Shown here: positions 18,505 through 29,827 of the stretch, in pieces
How positions within the stretch are numbered: the stretch's first letter is position 1
Layout: each line of letters starts with the position of its first letter
DNA from: the human T2T-CHM13v2.0 reference genome, Homo sapiens
Reading direction: 5' to 3' (one strand)
Assembly: GCF_009914755.1 (NCBI RefSeq)
Contig: NC_060939.1
DNA: 64,000 nucleotides
Translations under genes and position numbers: made by a program
Notes under the pieces: model-generated
The model's input: only the letters and a program-made list of their open reading frames with translations
The model's database searches: none
What the model was told of the DNA's origin: nothing

Positions 18505-21419
18505 CATGTCTAGCATGACCCTCCTTCCTGGCAGTGACACTGTTGATGTGAACCCCAATTTCACATCTGTCATTTGTAAATAGGACCATTTTCCCTTTTC
18601 GCTCTCCCTTCCATTCACAGGGCTTTTCATTCTCTCTGTTACTGCCTCCGTTTCAGATATTTACTCACCTTTTTCTCTCTCACTATGTCTGCCGTGGGCT
18701 CCATGAGAGTGCGCCACATAAGATTCCCCCATTAAAAGTCATGAATTGAGTGGCTTTTAGTATACCTGTGGTTGTGCACATTCAAATTTAATTCGCAATT
18801 CATTGTAGAACGTCTTATCACTCCCGGCCAGAGAAAAACCCTGTAGACATTAGACACTCCTCATTCTGTCTCAAACCCTCTCCCTGACCCTCAGCCCTAG
18901 GTAGCAACTACCTAGTGCGATCAATCCCATATGCATAGATTACCATATTGTGGACATTTCCTTTAAGCGGAATTGCACAATAGGTGAGCTGTTATGACTG
19001 ACATAACACGTAGCACAATATTTTCAAGATTCGTCCACATTGTAGGCTTACCCACAGGGGGAAACCATTTTTTTGGGGGCTTTTAGTAACACCGGTGTTT
19101 TCTCCTTCCTTACGTCCTTCTTTCCTTCTTTCCTTCCTTCCTTCCTGACTTCCTTCCTGACTTCCTTCTTTCCTTCCCTCCTTCCTCCTATTTCTCTCTT
19201 ACTCCTTCTGCCCTCTCTCTTTCCTATGCCTTAGGTGCATCCCACATTCTGCGTTTTTTTGGGGAAATCCTCGACAGGTGCAGGAAAATTGTGTTATTGT
19301 AACAATTTACCGTTATCTCTCTTTCACGGCTCTCCATCAGTTGTGAACATCTATTGGTTTATCCCAAGTCACTAAGCATATTTTCATTAGGTAAACCTGT
19401 TTTTCCTTCTACAGCTGTTTCTGGAGTATAGGGTCGCATACTCATAAACCCAGTGTAACTCAGAAACGCATCTAATATTCCAGTAAACCCATCATAACGT
19501 TGAAAAATCGTAAATCAAACCATCATAAGTCACGGTTTGTCCGTGGATATGGGCGTCATCAATTCCATTGTATTCAGTAATGCTGTACACCATTAACAAT
19601 GGCAGACTGATTGGGAGTGGATATTGATAGCATTATAAAAGTCAGTTATTAGAGGGATACTTCTTTAACCTGACTGAAGAACTGATCTAATGGCTTTAGT
19701 ACAGTGCATGATTATGTGCGATGTTTTGAGACAGAGTAGTACATTTGTGAATGAAATTTTATGGCTTTTTTTTCACTTAGTAGGAACCATTGTGTGTGGA
19801 AAAGTGAGAAAATGGCTTTCTGCTGTAGGGTCTGGCATTCATTGTAGATGTAAGCTTATTTTTCTGTGAGCAAATCTTATTCAATAAAATACTACTCTTT
19901 ATACTAAAAAACAAAAACAGTGGTGATGTGTGGTCATTACCCTCAGCAAACTTATCCAGGGAAAAGAAAACCAAACGCCACAACTCACTTATAATGGGAG
20001 CTGAAAAATGAGATCCCATGGACACAGGAAGGGGAACAACACACACTGGGGCCTTCCGGGAGACAGAGCGTTAAGAAAAACAGCTACTGCATGCTGGGCC
20101 TAATACCTAGGTGATGGGTTGACAGATGCAGCAAACCACCATGGCACACGTTAACCTTAATAACAAATCTGCACATCCTGCACATGTACCCCAGAACTTA
20201 GGAACGAAACGAAACAAAAGACAACGAAAAAGCAATAGCAAAACGCTAAAGGCAAAATAAAGTTTCAAACTGAGAAAGTGACAGACCAACGTCTGGTTCA
20301 AATCATGGTTCTCAACCCAGGTGCCATAAGGTCAGGATAAAGGATGTGATTACATATTGTCAATAAGACATGCAGCAAATGACCAGAATGATTATTCTCA
20401 ACATATGTGTGTCTTCTAATTCAATGGTGACGCTATCTACCGGGACATAGCATTAGATTCCAAAGGGCCGAGTCCCGCCAGACAGGCCTCCCACACTAAT
20501 AACAATGGGAAGCCCTACGTTGCTTTACCTGTGCTTCTCAGCCACTGGCTATAAATCAGGTTGCCACCACTCCCAGATTTAGTTGCATTCATTAGCTGGA
20601 AGAGCTCACAGCACGCAGGGAAACACTTACATTTGCCGTTGTATTTTAGCGGACATTGCACAAAGTTCAGAAATAAATGTGGGGCAAGGCATGTGGGGAG
20701 GGGGGCACTACCTTCCAGGAAGTGTTATCCAGAAGCTCTCTGAACCCAGTCCTTTTGGGTTTTGATGGAGACCTCATTCTATAGGCATGATGGGTTAAAC
20801 CATAAGCTATTGGTGATCAACTCCACCTGGGGCTCTCCACCCTCCCTGGAAATTGGGGTTGAGGCTTTGCCATTCTCAGTCTGACTAAAAGAATTTACCC
20901 AAACGGAACTTTAAAACAGATGAGCATAACTGGAATCTTAATTAGATGATTGGATTATTTGGAGCCACACCTTGATATTCCTAACCCGAGCACCCTCATC
21001 CAACGAATGCTCCACCCAACTGGCTCCCAAGTCTCTACGTGGTTCCAGAGCAAAAGGATGTTGATACAACGCATATCTCCACCTTTTCTTCCAAGTCTTT
21101 TCGCTTACACGGAAAGACTTCTTCAACTGCCATGCATCAGGGTCAGGGGGAGGTCTTGTTACAACACAGATCTGCGGATCTCCGGCGTTTGACAGTGGCA
21201 AGGATGCTGCTGGTGTCAAAACCACAACGTGGGAACCACAGAACCACTAGTGGGTTTTCAGTGTTTCAGTGCATACAATTCCTAATATTTCTGGCCAAGA
21301 AAACTTGTAAGTTCTTAGATTGTCCCAAAGGTGGCGCATGAAATCAAAGCAGGAGAACAGTTTCCTACGAGGTGTAGCCTGGGAAAGTTGGGGGTGACTG
21401 ATGGAAAGGAGGAGTGAAG

Positions 21420-21490
21420 CTCCGCCCTTTCCGCTGCTAGGCTGCGCCCGAGGCTATTTAAACCCACCCTGGCTGGCCTGTACTCAGATG
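21420..21490 (+). promoter_or_regulatory. Putative core promoter, copy 3
   Basis: GC box, TATTTAAA at 21455; Inr variant TCAGATG. Confidence 0.65.
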
Positions 21491-21827
21491 TTCGCGGAGC
21501 GGATCAGCGGCCGGAGCGTTTGGCGGACTCTGCGTGGACTCGGAGCTCACAGCGTCTTGCGACTTGGAAGCGGGTTCAGAGGACAGGACAGAACACTTGG
21601 GCAAGTGAATCTCTGTCTGTCTCTCTGTCTGACTGTCTGTCCCATTGGTTGGTTGATTTCCATTTTCTTAAGGGGCACATTCCTCACACCGCACACACAC
21701 AAACACACACACGCACACACACACGCACACGCACACACACGCACACGCACACACACGCACACACACTCGTTCCTTCAGCGAGTTAGAACATTAGTAGGGG
21801 CCCCTGGGAGCTGCAGGTTTCCTAAAC

Positions 21828-24800
21828 ATGTCTGCACCTAAGAACAGTAGGGTCTTGTCTGGCTCTTCTTATGAACCGTCCCCCAGCCCGTTCTCCCCAA
21901 GGTCCATGCGAGCCTCACCCAGCTTCCCCCTCTCCCCTCTCAGAAACTCAGGCTTAAGGGGAAGCTCCTCACCAGGGATCCGGAGCTACCATTCACCATC
22001 CCCTAGGGCTTCACCACACTCACCTCTGTCATCACCAGTATCCCACAATCTCCCATTTCCCTGTCCTATCCGTGATGGGCAATCAATGAAGCCATTGGGC
22101 TCTCCCGTGTCCTCCTCTGAGGATTCCTCAGAGTCCCCACGTTCATCAATAATATACCACATGTTCTTACTGCCATCACCCAGCAGCTCACCCCCAGCTC
22201 TCCGGGGGTCTCCTGGGTCTCCCAGCTACTCTCCAAACAACCCCAGATATCAGCTGGAGTCAGCCCCCCACACCCAGGAATCACCTGCAAACTCACGAGC
22301 CTCACGGTGCTCCTCCCCTATGTCTTTCATCTCTTCACCCCCAGGCCTCAGGGACTCTCCTGTGGCTCCCAGTTACTCTCAAGCCATCCCCATGTTCCTG
22401 CGGGAGTCAGCCCCATGCACTCAGGAGTCCCCCAGAGACTCACAGGTCTCGGGAGATTATGAGCGGTCCCCCAGCCCTGACTCCTCAAGATTCATGCCTT
22501 CCTCACCCAGCTTCTCCCTCTCCCCTCCCAGAAACTCAGACCCAAGGGGCAGCTTCTCACAAGGGATGTGGAAGTACTCTACATCATCCCGCAGGGCTTC
22601 ACCACTCTCACATCCGTCATTGGCAGAATTCCACAACTTTACATTTCCCTTTCCTAACCAAGCAGGACAATCACTCATGTCATTGTGTTCTCCCGTGTCC
22701 TCCTCTGGAGATTCCTCACAGTCACCCCATTCATCAATAATATACCATGTGTTCTTACTGCCATCATCCAGCAGCTCACCCCCAGCCACCAATGACTCTC
22801 CTGTCTGTCCCAGCTACTCTCCAACTATGCCCAGATTTCAGCGGGCGTCGGTATCCAACACCCCAGAAACACCTACAAACTCACAGACCTCAGTGAGATC
22901 CTCGCCAGTCTCTCTCACGTCTTCACCCCCAGGCCTTACGGACCCTCCAGTCTCTCCCAGCTACTATCCAACCACGCGCACATTTCAGCGCGGGTCAGAT
23001 CCAGGAACCCAGGGATCACCACCAAGCCCACCACTTTCACTGTGTTACTCCCCAGTCTCAAGCAGGTCTTTATCTCCAACCCTCAGGGACTCTCCTGTCT
23101 GTCCCAGCTATTCTCCAACCACGCCCACGTTTCAGCGGGAGTCCGTTGCAGGCACCCAGCAATCACCAGCAAACTCACCAATTTCACTGCGTTACTCCCC
23201 AGTCTCTCTCATGTCTTCACCAGCCCTGAGGGAGTCTCCCGTCTGTCCCAGCTACTCTCCAACCACACCCACTTTTCAGCTGGAGTCCGTTCGAGGCACC
23301 CCGGAGTCACCACCAAACTCACCAATTACACTCAATTACTCTCCAGTCTCTCTCATGTCTTCACCAGCCCTCAGGGACTCTCCCGTCTGTCCCAGCTACT
23401 ATCCAACCACCCCCAGATTTCAGCTGCAAGCAGTTCCTTGCTCCCCGGAATCAACACCAAACTCACCAATTTCACTCAATTACTCTCCAGTCTCTCTCAT
23501 GTCTTCACCAGCCCTCAGGGACTCTCCCATCTGTCCCAGCTACTCTCCAACCACGCCCAGATTTCAGCTGGAAGCAGTTCCTTGCACCCAGGAATCACCG
23601 CCAAACTCACCAATTTCACTCAATTACTCCCCAGTCTCTCTCATGTCTTCACCATCCCTCAGGGACTCTCCCGTCTGTCTCAGCTACTCTCCAACCACGC
23701 CCACATTTCAGCTGGAGTACCTTCGAGGCACCCCGGAGTCACCACCAAACTCACCAATTTCACTCAATTACTCTCCAGTCTCTCTCATGTCTTCACCAGC
23801 CCTCAGGGACTCTACTGTCTGTCCCAGCTACTCTCCAACCACGCCCAGATTTCAGCTGGAAGCAGTTCCTTGCACCCCAGAATCACCTCCAAACTCACCA
23901 ATTTCACTCAATTACTCTCTAGTCTCTCTCATGTCTTCACCAGTCCTCAGGGACCCTCCTGTCTGTCCCAGCTACTCTCCAACCACCCCCAGATTTCAGC
24001 TGCAAGCAGTTCCTTGCTCCCCGGAATCAACACCAAACTCACCAATTTCACTCAGTTACTCTCCAGTCTCTCTCATGTCTTCACCAGCCCTCAGGGTCTC
24101 TCCCATCTGTCCCAGCTACTCTCCAACCACGCCCAGATTTCAGCTGGAAGCAGTTCCTTGCACCCAGGAATCACCGCCAAACTCACCAATTTCACTCAAT
24201 TACTCCCCAGTCTCTCTCATGTCTTCACCATCCCTCAGGGACTCTCCCGTCTGTCTCAGCTACTCTCCAACCACGCCCACATTTCAGCTGGAGTACCTTC
24301 GAGGCACCCCGGAGTCACCACCAAACTCACCAATTTCACTCAATTACTCTCCAGTCTCTCTCATGTCTTCACCAGCCCTCAGGGACTCTCCCGACTGTCC
24401 CAGCTACTCTCCAACAACGTCCAGATTTCAGCTGGAAGCAGTTCCTTGCTCCCCAGAATCAACACCAAACTCACCAATTTCACTCAATTACTCTCCAGTC
24501 TCTCTCATGTCTTCACCAGCCATCAGGGACTCTCCCGTCTGTCCCAGCTACTCTCCAACCACGCCCACATGTCAGCTGGAGTCCGTTCGAGACACCCCGG
24601 AGTCACCACCAAACTCACCAATTTCACTCAATTACACTCCAGTGTCTCTCATGTCTTCACCAGCCATCAGGGACTCTCCCGTCTGTCCCAGCTACTCTCC
24701 AAAGACGCCCACATTTCAGCTGGAGTCTGTTCCAGGCACACTGGAGTCACCACCAAACTCACCAATTTCACTCAATTACTCTCCAGTCTCTCTCATGTCT

Positions 24801-26537
24801 TCACCAGCCCTCAGGGACCCTCCTGTCTGTCCCAGCTACTCTCCAACCACCCCCAGATTTCAGCTGGCGTCAGTTCCAGGCACCCCGGAGTCACCACCAA
24901 ACTCACCAGTTTCACTGAGTTACTCCCCGGTCTCTCTCATGTCTTCACCGCCAGCCCTCAGGGACTCTCCTGTGTGTCCCAGCTACTCTCCAACCACGCC
25001 CACATTTCAGCTGGAGTCAGTTCCAGGCACCCCGGAGTCACCACCAAACTCACCAATTTCACTCAATTACTCTCCAGTCTCTCTCATGTCTTCACCAGCC
25101 CTCAGGGACTCTCCTGTCTGTCCCAGCTACTCTCCAACCACGCCCAGATTTCAGCTGGAAGCAGTTCCTTGCACCCCAGAATCACCTCCAAACTCACCAA
25201 TTTCACTCAATTACTCTCTAGTCTCTCTCATGTCTTCACCAGTCCTCAGGGACCCTCCTGTCTGTCCCAGCTACTCTCCAACCACACCCAGATTTCAGTT
25301 GGAGTCAGTTCCAGGCACCGCGGAGTCACCACCAAACTCACCAGTTTCACTGAGTTACTCCCCGTTCTCTCTCATGTCTTCACCGCCAGCCCTCAGGGAC
25401 TCTCCTGTTTGTCCCCGCTACTCTCCAACCACGCCCACATTCCAGCTGGAGTCACTTGCAGGCACCCAGGAATTACCTACAAACTCAGCAGTTTCACTGA
25501 GTTACTCCCCAGTCTCTCTCATGTCTTCACCCCCAGCCCCCTGGGACTCTCCTGTCTGTCCCAGCTCCCCTCCCAACACGCCCAGATTTCAGAGGGAGTC
25601 AGCCTCCCACACTCCGGAATCACCTACAGACTCACAGACTTCACGGAGGTCCTCCCTGGTCTCTCTCAGGTCTTTGCCCTCAGCCCACAGGGACTCTTGT
25701 GTCTCTTTCAGCTACTCTCGAAACTTCTCTAGATTCCAGCTGGACTCAGTTCCAGGCACCCACGACACACCACCAAACTCACGAATTTCACTGACTTACT
25801 CCCCAGTCTCTCTCATGTTCTCACCCCCAGCCCTCAGGGACTCTTCTGTCTCTCTCAGCTACTCTCCAGCCATCTCCACATCACACCTGGGGTCAGCTTC
25901 CCACACCCAGGAATCACCTACAAACTCACGGACCTTACTGCAACCCTCCCCCATTTCTTTCACCTCTTCACCCCCTGCTTTCAGGGACTCTCCTGTGTCT
26001 CCCAGCTTCTCTCCAGCCTTCCCCAGATTTCTGCCACAGTCAGCCCCAGGCACCCAGGGTTACCCTGGACACTCACAGGCCTCACGAGACTATTTCCCAA
26101 TGACTTGTATCTATAGAGGGATGGCTCCCATACTTCCCTCAGTGACCTCAAACCCATCTCCACTTACACTCAGACACTCCCAGGGCCTGACAGCTACTCC
26201 CCGTTATTGTCCTTCAGCTCGAAGCCCTGGCCCATCTACTAGCCAACATGATGCAGCTACCTGGCCATGTCTCCACATTTCTGGGGAGGGCCCCACACCC
26301 AGCCGCAGAAGAGCCCCTCCTGCATTCCGTCCTCACACACAGGCCTGTCCATCCACTTGCTACTGTCACCCTCTTGCCAGCAGAAGAGGCCCCTGTAATG
26401 GCCGATATCACCGCCCAGTCTATCCTCACCCCACAGCTGTGCAGCGGGACCCTCCTGCTGGCCCACGTGGCTGCCACAGCCCATGCTGGCACGACGCTCC
26501 AGCATGTCGGCGTCCCTGCGGGCCACGCTACCGCTGA
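21828..26537 (+). CDS. Putative CTD-like repeat protein, copy 3 (1569 aa, intact, longest)
   Basis: Open 4.7-kb frame with ~23 core monomers; net 576 aa (12 x 48) longer than copy 2. Confidence 0.55.
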   Translation: MSAPKNSRVLSGSSYEPSPSPFSPRSMRASPSFPLSPLRNSGLRGSSSPGIRSYHSPSPRASPHSPLSSPVSHNLPFPCPIRDGQSMKPLGSPVSSSEDSSESPRSSIIYHMFLLPSPSSSPPALRGSPGSPSYSPNNPRYQLESAPHTQESPANSRASRCSSPMSFISSPPGLRDSPVAPSYSQAIPMFLRESAPCTQESPRDSQVSGDYERSPSPDSSRFMPSSPSFSLSPPRNSDPRGSFSQGMWKYSTSSRRASPLSHPSLAEFHNFTFPFPNQAGQSLMSLCSPVSSSGDSSQSPHSSIIYHVFLLPSSSSSPPATNDSPVCPSYSPTMPRFQRASVSNTPETPTNSQTSVRSSPVSLTSSPPGLTDPPVSPSYYPTTRTFQRGSDPGTQGSPPSPPLSLCYSPVSSRSLSPTLRDSPVCPSYSPTTPTFQRESVAGTQQSPANSPISLRYSPVSLMSSPALRESPVCPSYSPTTPTFQLESVRGTPESPPNSPITLNYSPVSLMSSPALRDSPVCPSYYPTTPRFQLQAVPCSPESTPNSPISLNYSPVSLMSSPALRDSPICPSYSPTTPRFQLEAVPCTQESPPNSPISLNYSPVSLMSSPSLRDSPVCLSYSPTTPTFQLEYLRGTPESPPNSPISLNYSPVSLMSSPALRDSTVCPSYSPTTPRFQLEAVPCTPESPPNSPISLNYSLVSLMSSPVLRDPPVCPSYSPTTPRFQLQAVPCSPESTPNSPISLSYSPVSLMSSPALRVSPICPSYSPTTPRFQLEAVPCTQESPPNSPISLNYSPVSLMSSPSLRDSPVCLSYSPTTPTFQLEYLRGTPESPPNSPISLNYSPVSLMSSPALRDSPDCPSYSPTTSRFQLEAVPCSPESTPNSPISLNYSPVSLMSSPAIRDSPVCPSYSPTTPTCQLESVRDTPESPPNSPISLNYTPVSLMSSPAIRDSPVCPSYSPKTPTFQLESVPGTLESPPNSPISLNYSPVSLMSSPALRDPPVCPSYSPTTPRFQLASVPGTPESPPNSPVSLSYSPVSLMSSPPALRDSPVCPSYSPTTPTFQLESVPGTPESPPNSPISLNYSPVSLMSSPALRDSPVCPSYSPTTPRFQLEAVPCTPESPPNSPISLNYSLVSLMSSPVLRDPPVCPSYSPTTPRFQLESVPGTAESPPNSPVSLSYSPFSLMSSPPALRDSPVCPRYSPTTPTFQLESLAGTQELPTNSAVSLSYSPVSLMSSPPAPWDSPVCPSSPPNTPRFQRESASHTPESPTDSQTSRRSSLVSLRSLPSAHRDSCVSFSYSRNFSRFQLDSVPGTHDTPPNSRISLTYSPVSLMFSPPALRDSSVSLSYSPAISTSHLGSASHTQESPTNSRTLLQPSPISFTSSPPAFRDSPVSPSFSPAFPRFLPQSAPGTQGYPGHSQASRDYFPMTCIYRGMAPILPSVTSNPSPLTLRHSQGLTATPRYCPSARSPGPSTSQHDAATWPCLHISGEGPTPSRRRAPPAFRPHTQACPSTCYCHPLASRRGPCNGRYHRPVYPHPTAVQRDPPAGPRGCHSPCWHDAPACRRPCGPRYR

Positions 26538-29441
26538 CATGGCTAGCATCACCCTCCTTCCTGACAGTGACACTGCTGATTTGAACCCCAGTTTCACAGC
26601 TGTCATTTGTAAATAGGACCATTTTCCCTTTTCTCTCTCCCTTCCATTCACAGGGCTTCTCATTCCCTCTGTTTCTGCCTCCGTTTCAGAGATTTACTCA
26701 CCTTTTTCTCTCTCACTATGTCTGCCGTGGTCTCCATAAGAGTGTGCCACATACAATTGCCCCATTAAAAGTCATGAATTGAGTGGATTTTAGTATACCT
26801 GTGGTTGTGCACATTCAATTTTAATTCGCAATCCATTTTAGAAGGTTTTATCACCCCCGACCAGAGAAACACCCTGTGGACATTAGTCACTCCTCATTCT
26901 GTCTCAAACCCTCTCCCTGACCCTCAGCCCTAGGTAACAACTGCATAGAGCGATCAACCCCATATGCATAGATTTCCATATTGTGGACATTTCCTATAAA
27001 CGGAATTGCACAATACGTGAGCTTTTGTGACTGACATAACACTTTTAGCACAATATTTTCAAGATTCATCCACATTGCAGCCTTACCCACAGGGGGAAAC
27101 CGCATTTTGTGGTTTCAGTAACACCGGGTGTTTTCTCCTTCCTTCCGTCTTTCCTTCCTTCCTTCCTTCCTTCCTTCCTTCCTCCCTTCCTCCCTTCCTT
27201 CCTCCCTTCCTCCCATTTCTCTCTTATTCCTTCTGCCCTCTCTCTTTCATATGCCTTAGGTGCATCCTACGTCCTGCGTCTTTTTGGGGAATCCTCGACA
27301 GGTGCTGGAAAATTGTGTTATTGTAATTATTTACCGGTATCTCTCTTTCATGGTTCTCCATCAGTTGTAAGCATCTATTGGTTTATCCCAGGTCACTAAG
27401 TATATTTTAATTAGCTACACCTGTTTTTCTTTATACACCTGTTTCTGGAGTATAGGGTCGCATACTCATAAACCCAGTGTAACTCAGAAACGCATCTAAT
27501 ATTCCAATAGACCCATCATAACGTTGAAAAATCATAAATCAAACCAACTTAAGTCACGATTTGGCGCTGGATATGGGCTCCATCAATTCCATTGTATTCA
27601 ATAATGCTGTACACCATTAACAATGGCAGACTGATTGGGCGTGGATGTGGATAACATTATAAAAATCAGTTATTAGAGGGATACTTTAACCTGACGGAAG
27701 AGCTGATCTAATGGTATTAGTACAGTGATGATTATGTGAGATGTTTTGAGACAGAGTAGTACATTTGTGTATGAGATTCTGTGGCTTTTTTCACTTAGTA
27801 GGAACCTTTGTGTGTGGAAAACTGAGAAAATTGCTTTGTGCTGTAGAGTCTGGCATTCGTTGTAGATTAAAGCTTATTTTTCTGGATGTAAATCTTATTC
27901 AATAAAATACTACTCTTTATAATAAAAAACAAAGACACTGGTGATGTGAAGTCATTATCCTCAGCAAACTAATCCAGGAACAGAAAACCAAGCGCCACAT
28001 TCTCACTTATAATGGGAGCTGAAAAATGGGATCACGTGGACACAGGAAGGGGAACAACACACACTGGGGCCTTTCGGGAGGCAGAGCGTTAAGAAAAACA
28101 GCTACCGCATGCTGGGCTTAATACCTAGGTGATGGGTTGACAGGTGCAGCAAACCACCGTGGCACACGTTTACCTTAGTAACAAATCTGCACAGCCTGCC
28201 CATATATTCCAGAACTTAGAAACGAAACGAAAGCAAAGAAAACGAGAAAGCGATAGCAAAACGCTAACGGCGAAACAGAGTTTCAAACTCAGAAAGTGAG
28301 AGACCAATGTTTGGTTCAAATCATGGTTCTCAACCCAGGTGCCATAAGGTCAGGATAAAGAATTTGATGACGTATTGTAAATAAGACATGCAGCGGAGGA
28401 CCAGAAAAATCGTTCTCAACATACGTGTGGCTTCGAGTTCAACGGTGACGCTATCTACAGTGACATAGCATTAGATTCCAAAGGGCCGAGTCCCGCAAGA
28501 CTGGCCTCCCACACTAATCATAATGGGAAGCGCTACGTTGCTTTACCTGTGCTTCTCAGCAACTGGCTATAAATCAGGTTTCCACCACTCCCAGTTTTAG
28601 TTGCATTCATTTGCTGGAAGAGCTCACAGCACGCAGGGAAACACTGACATTTCCCATTTTTTGTATTTTAGCAGATATTGCAAAAACTTCAGAAAAAACT
28701 TTTGGGCCCGGCATGTGGGGAGGGGCTCACTGCCTTCCAGGAAGTGTTATCCAGAAGCTCTCTAAACCCAGTCCTTTTGGGTTTTTATGGAGACCTCATT
28801 CTATAGGCATGATGGGTTAAACCATAGGCTATTGGTGATCAACTCAACCTGGGGCTCTCAACCCTCCCTGGAAATTGGGGTTGAGGCTTTGCCATTCTCA
28901 GTCTGAGTAAAAGAATTTACGCAAACGGAATTTTAAAACAGATTAGCATATCTGGAAACTTAACTAGATGACGGAATTATCTGGAGCCACACCTTGATAT
29001 TCCTAACCCGAGCACCCTCATCCAAAGAATGCTCCACCCAACTGGCTCCCAAGTCTCTACGGGGTTCCAGAGCAAAAGAATGTTTATACAGCGCATATCT
29101 CCACCTTTTCTTCAAAGTCTTTTCGCTTACACGGAAAGACTTCTTCAACTGCCATGCATCAGGGTCAGGGGGAGGTCTTGTTACAACACAGATCTGCGGA
29201 TCTCCGGGGTTTGATTGTGGCAAGGATGCTGCTGGTGTCAAAACCACAACGTGGGAACCACAGAACCACTAGTTGGTTTTCAGTGTTTCAGTGCATACAA
29301 TTCCTAATATATCTGGCCAAGAAAACTTGTAAGTTCTTAGATTGTCCCAAAGGTGGCGCATGAAATCAAATCAGGAGAACAGTTTCCTACGAGGTGTAGC
29401 CTGGGAACCTTGGGGGTGACTGATGGAAAGGAGGAGTGAAG

Positions 29442-29512
29442 CTCCGCCCTTTCCGCTGCGAGGCTGCGCCCGAGGCTATTTAAACCCACCCTGGCTGGCC
29501 TGTACTCAGATC
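29442..29512 (+). promoter_or_regulatory. Putative core promoter, copy 4
   Basis: GC box, TATTTAAA at 29477, Inr. Confidence 0.7.
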
Positions 29513-29827
29513 TTCGCAGAGCGGAGCAGCGGCCGGAGCGTTTGGCGGACTCTGCGTGGACTTGGAGCTCACAGCGTCTTGCGACTTGGAAGCGGATTCA
29601 GAGGACAGGACAGAACACTTGGGCAAGTGAATCTCTGTCTGTCTGTCTGTCTCATTGGTTGGTTTATTTCCATTTTCTTAAGGAGCACATACCTCACACC
29701 ACACACACACAAACACACACACACACACGCACGCACTCACGCACACACACACGCACACACACACACTAATTCATTCTGCGGGTTAGGAAATTAGTAGGGG
29801 TCTCTGGGAGCTGCAGGTTTCCTAATC

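Noticed and set aside
21828-26537. Mucin-like secreted protein
   Set aside because: No signal peptide or transmembrane segment; repeats are YSP/SP-phased rather than Thr-rich PTS type.
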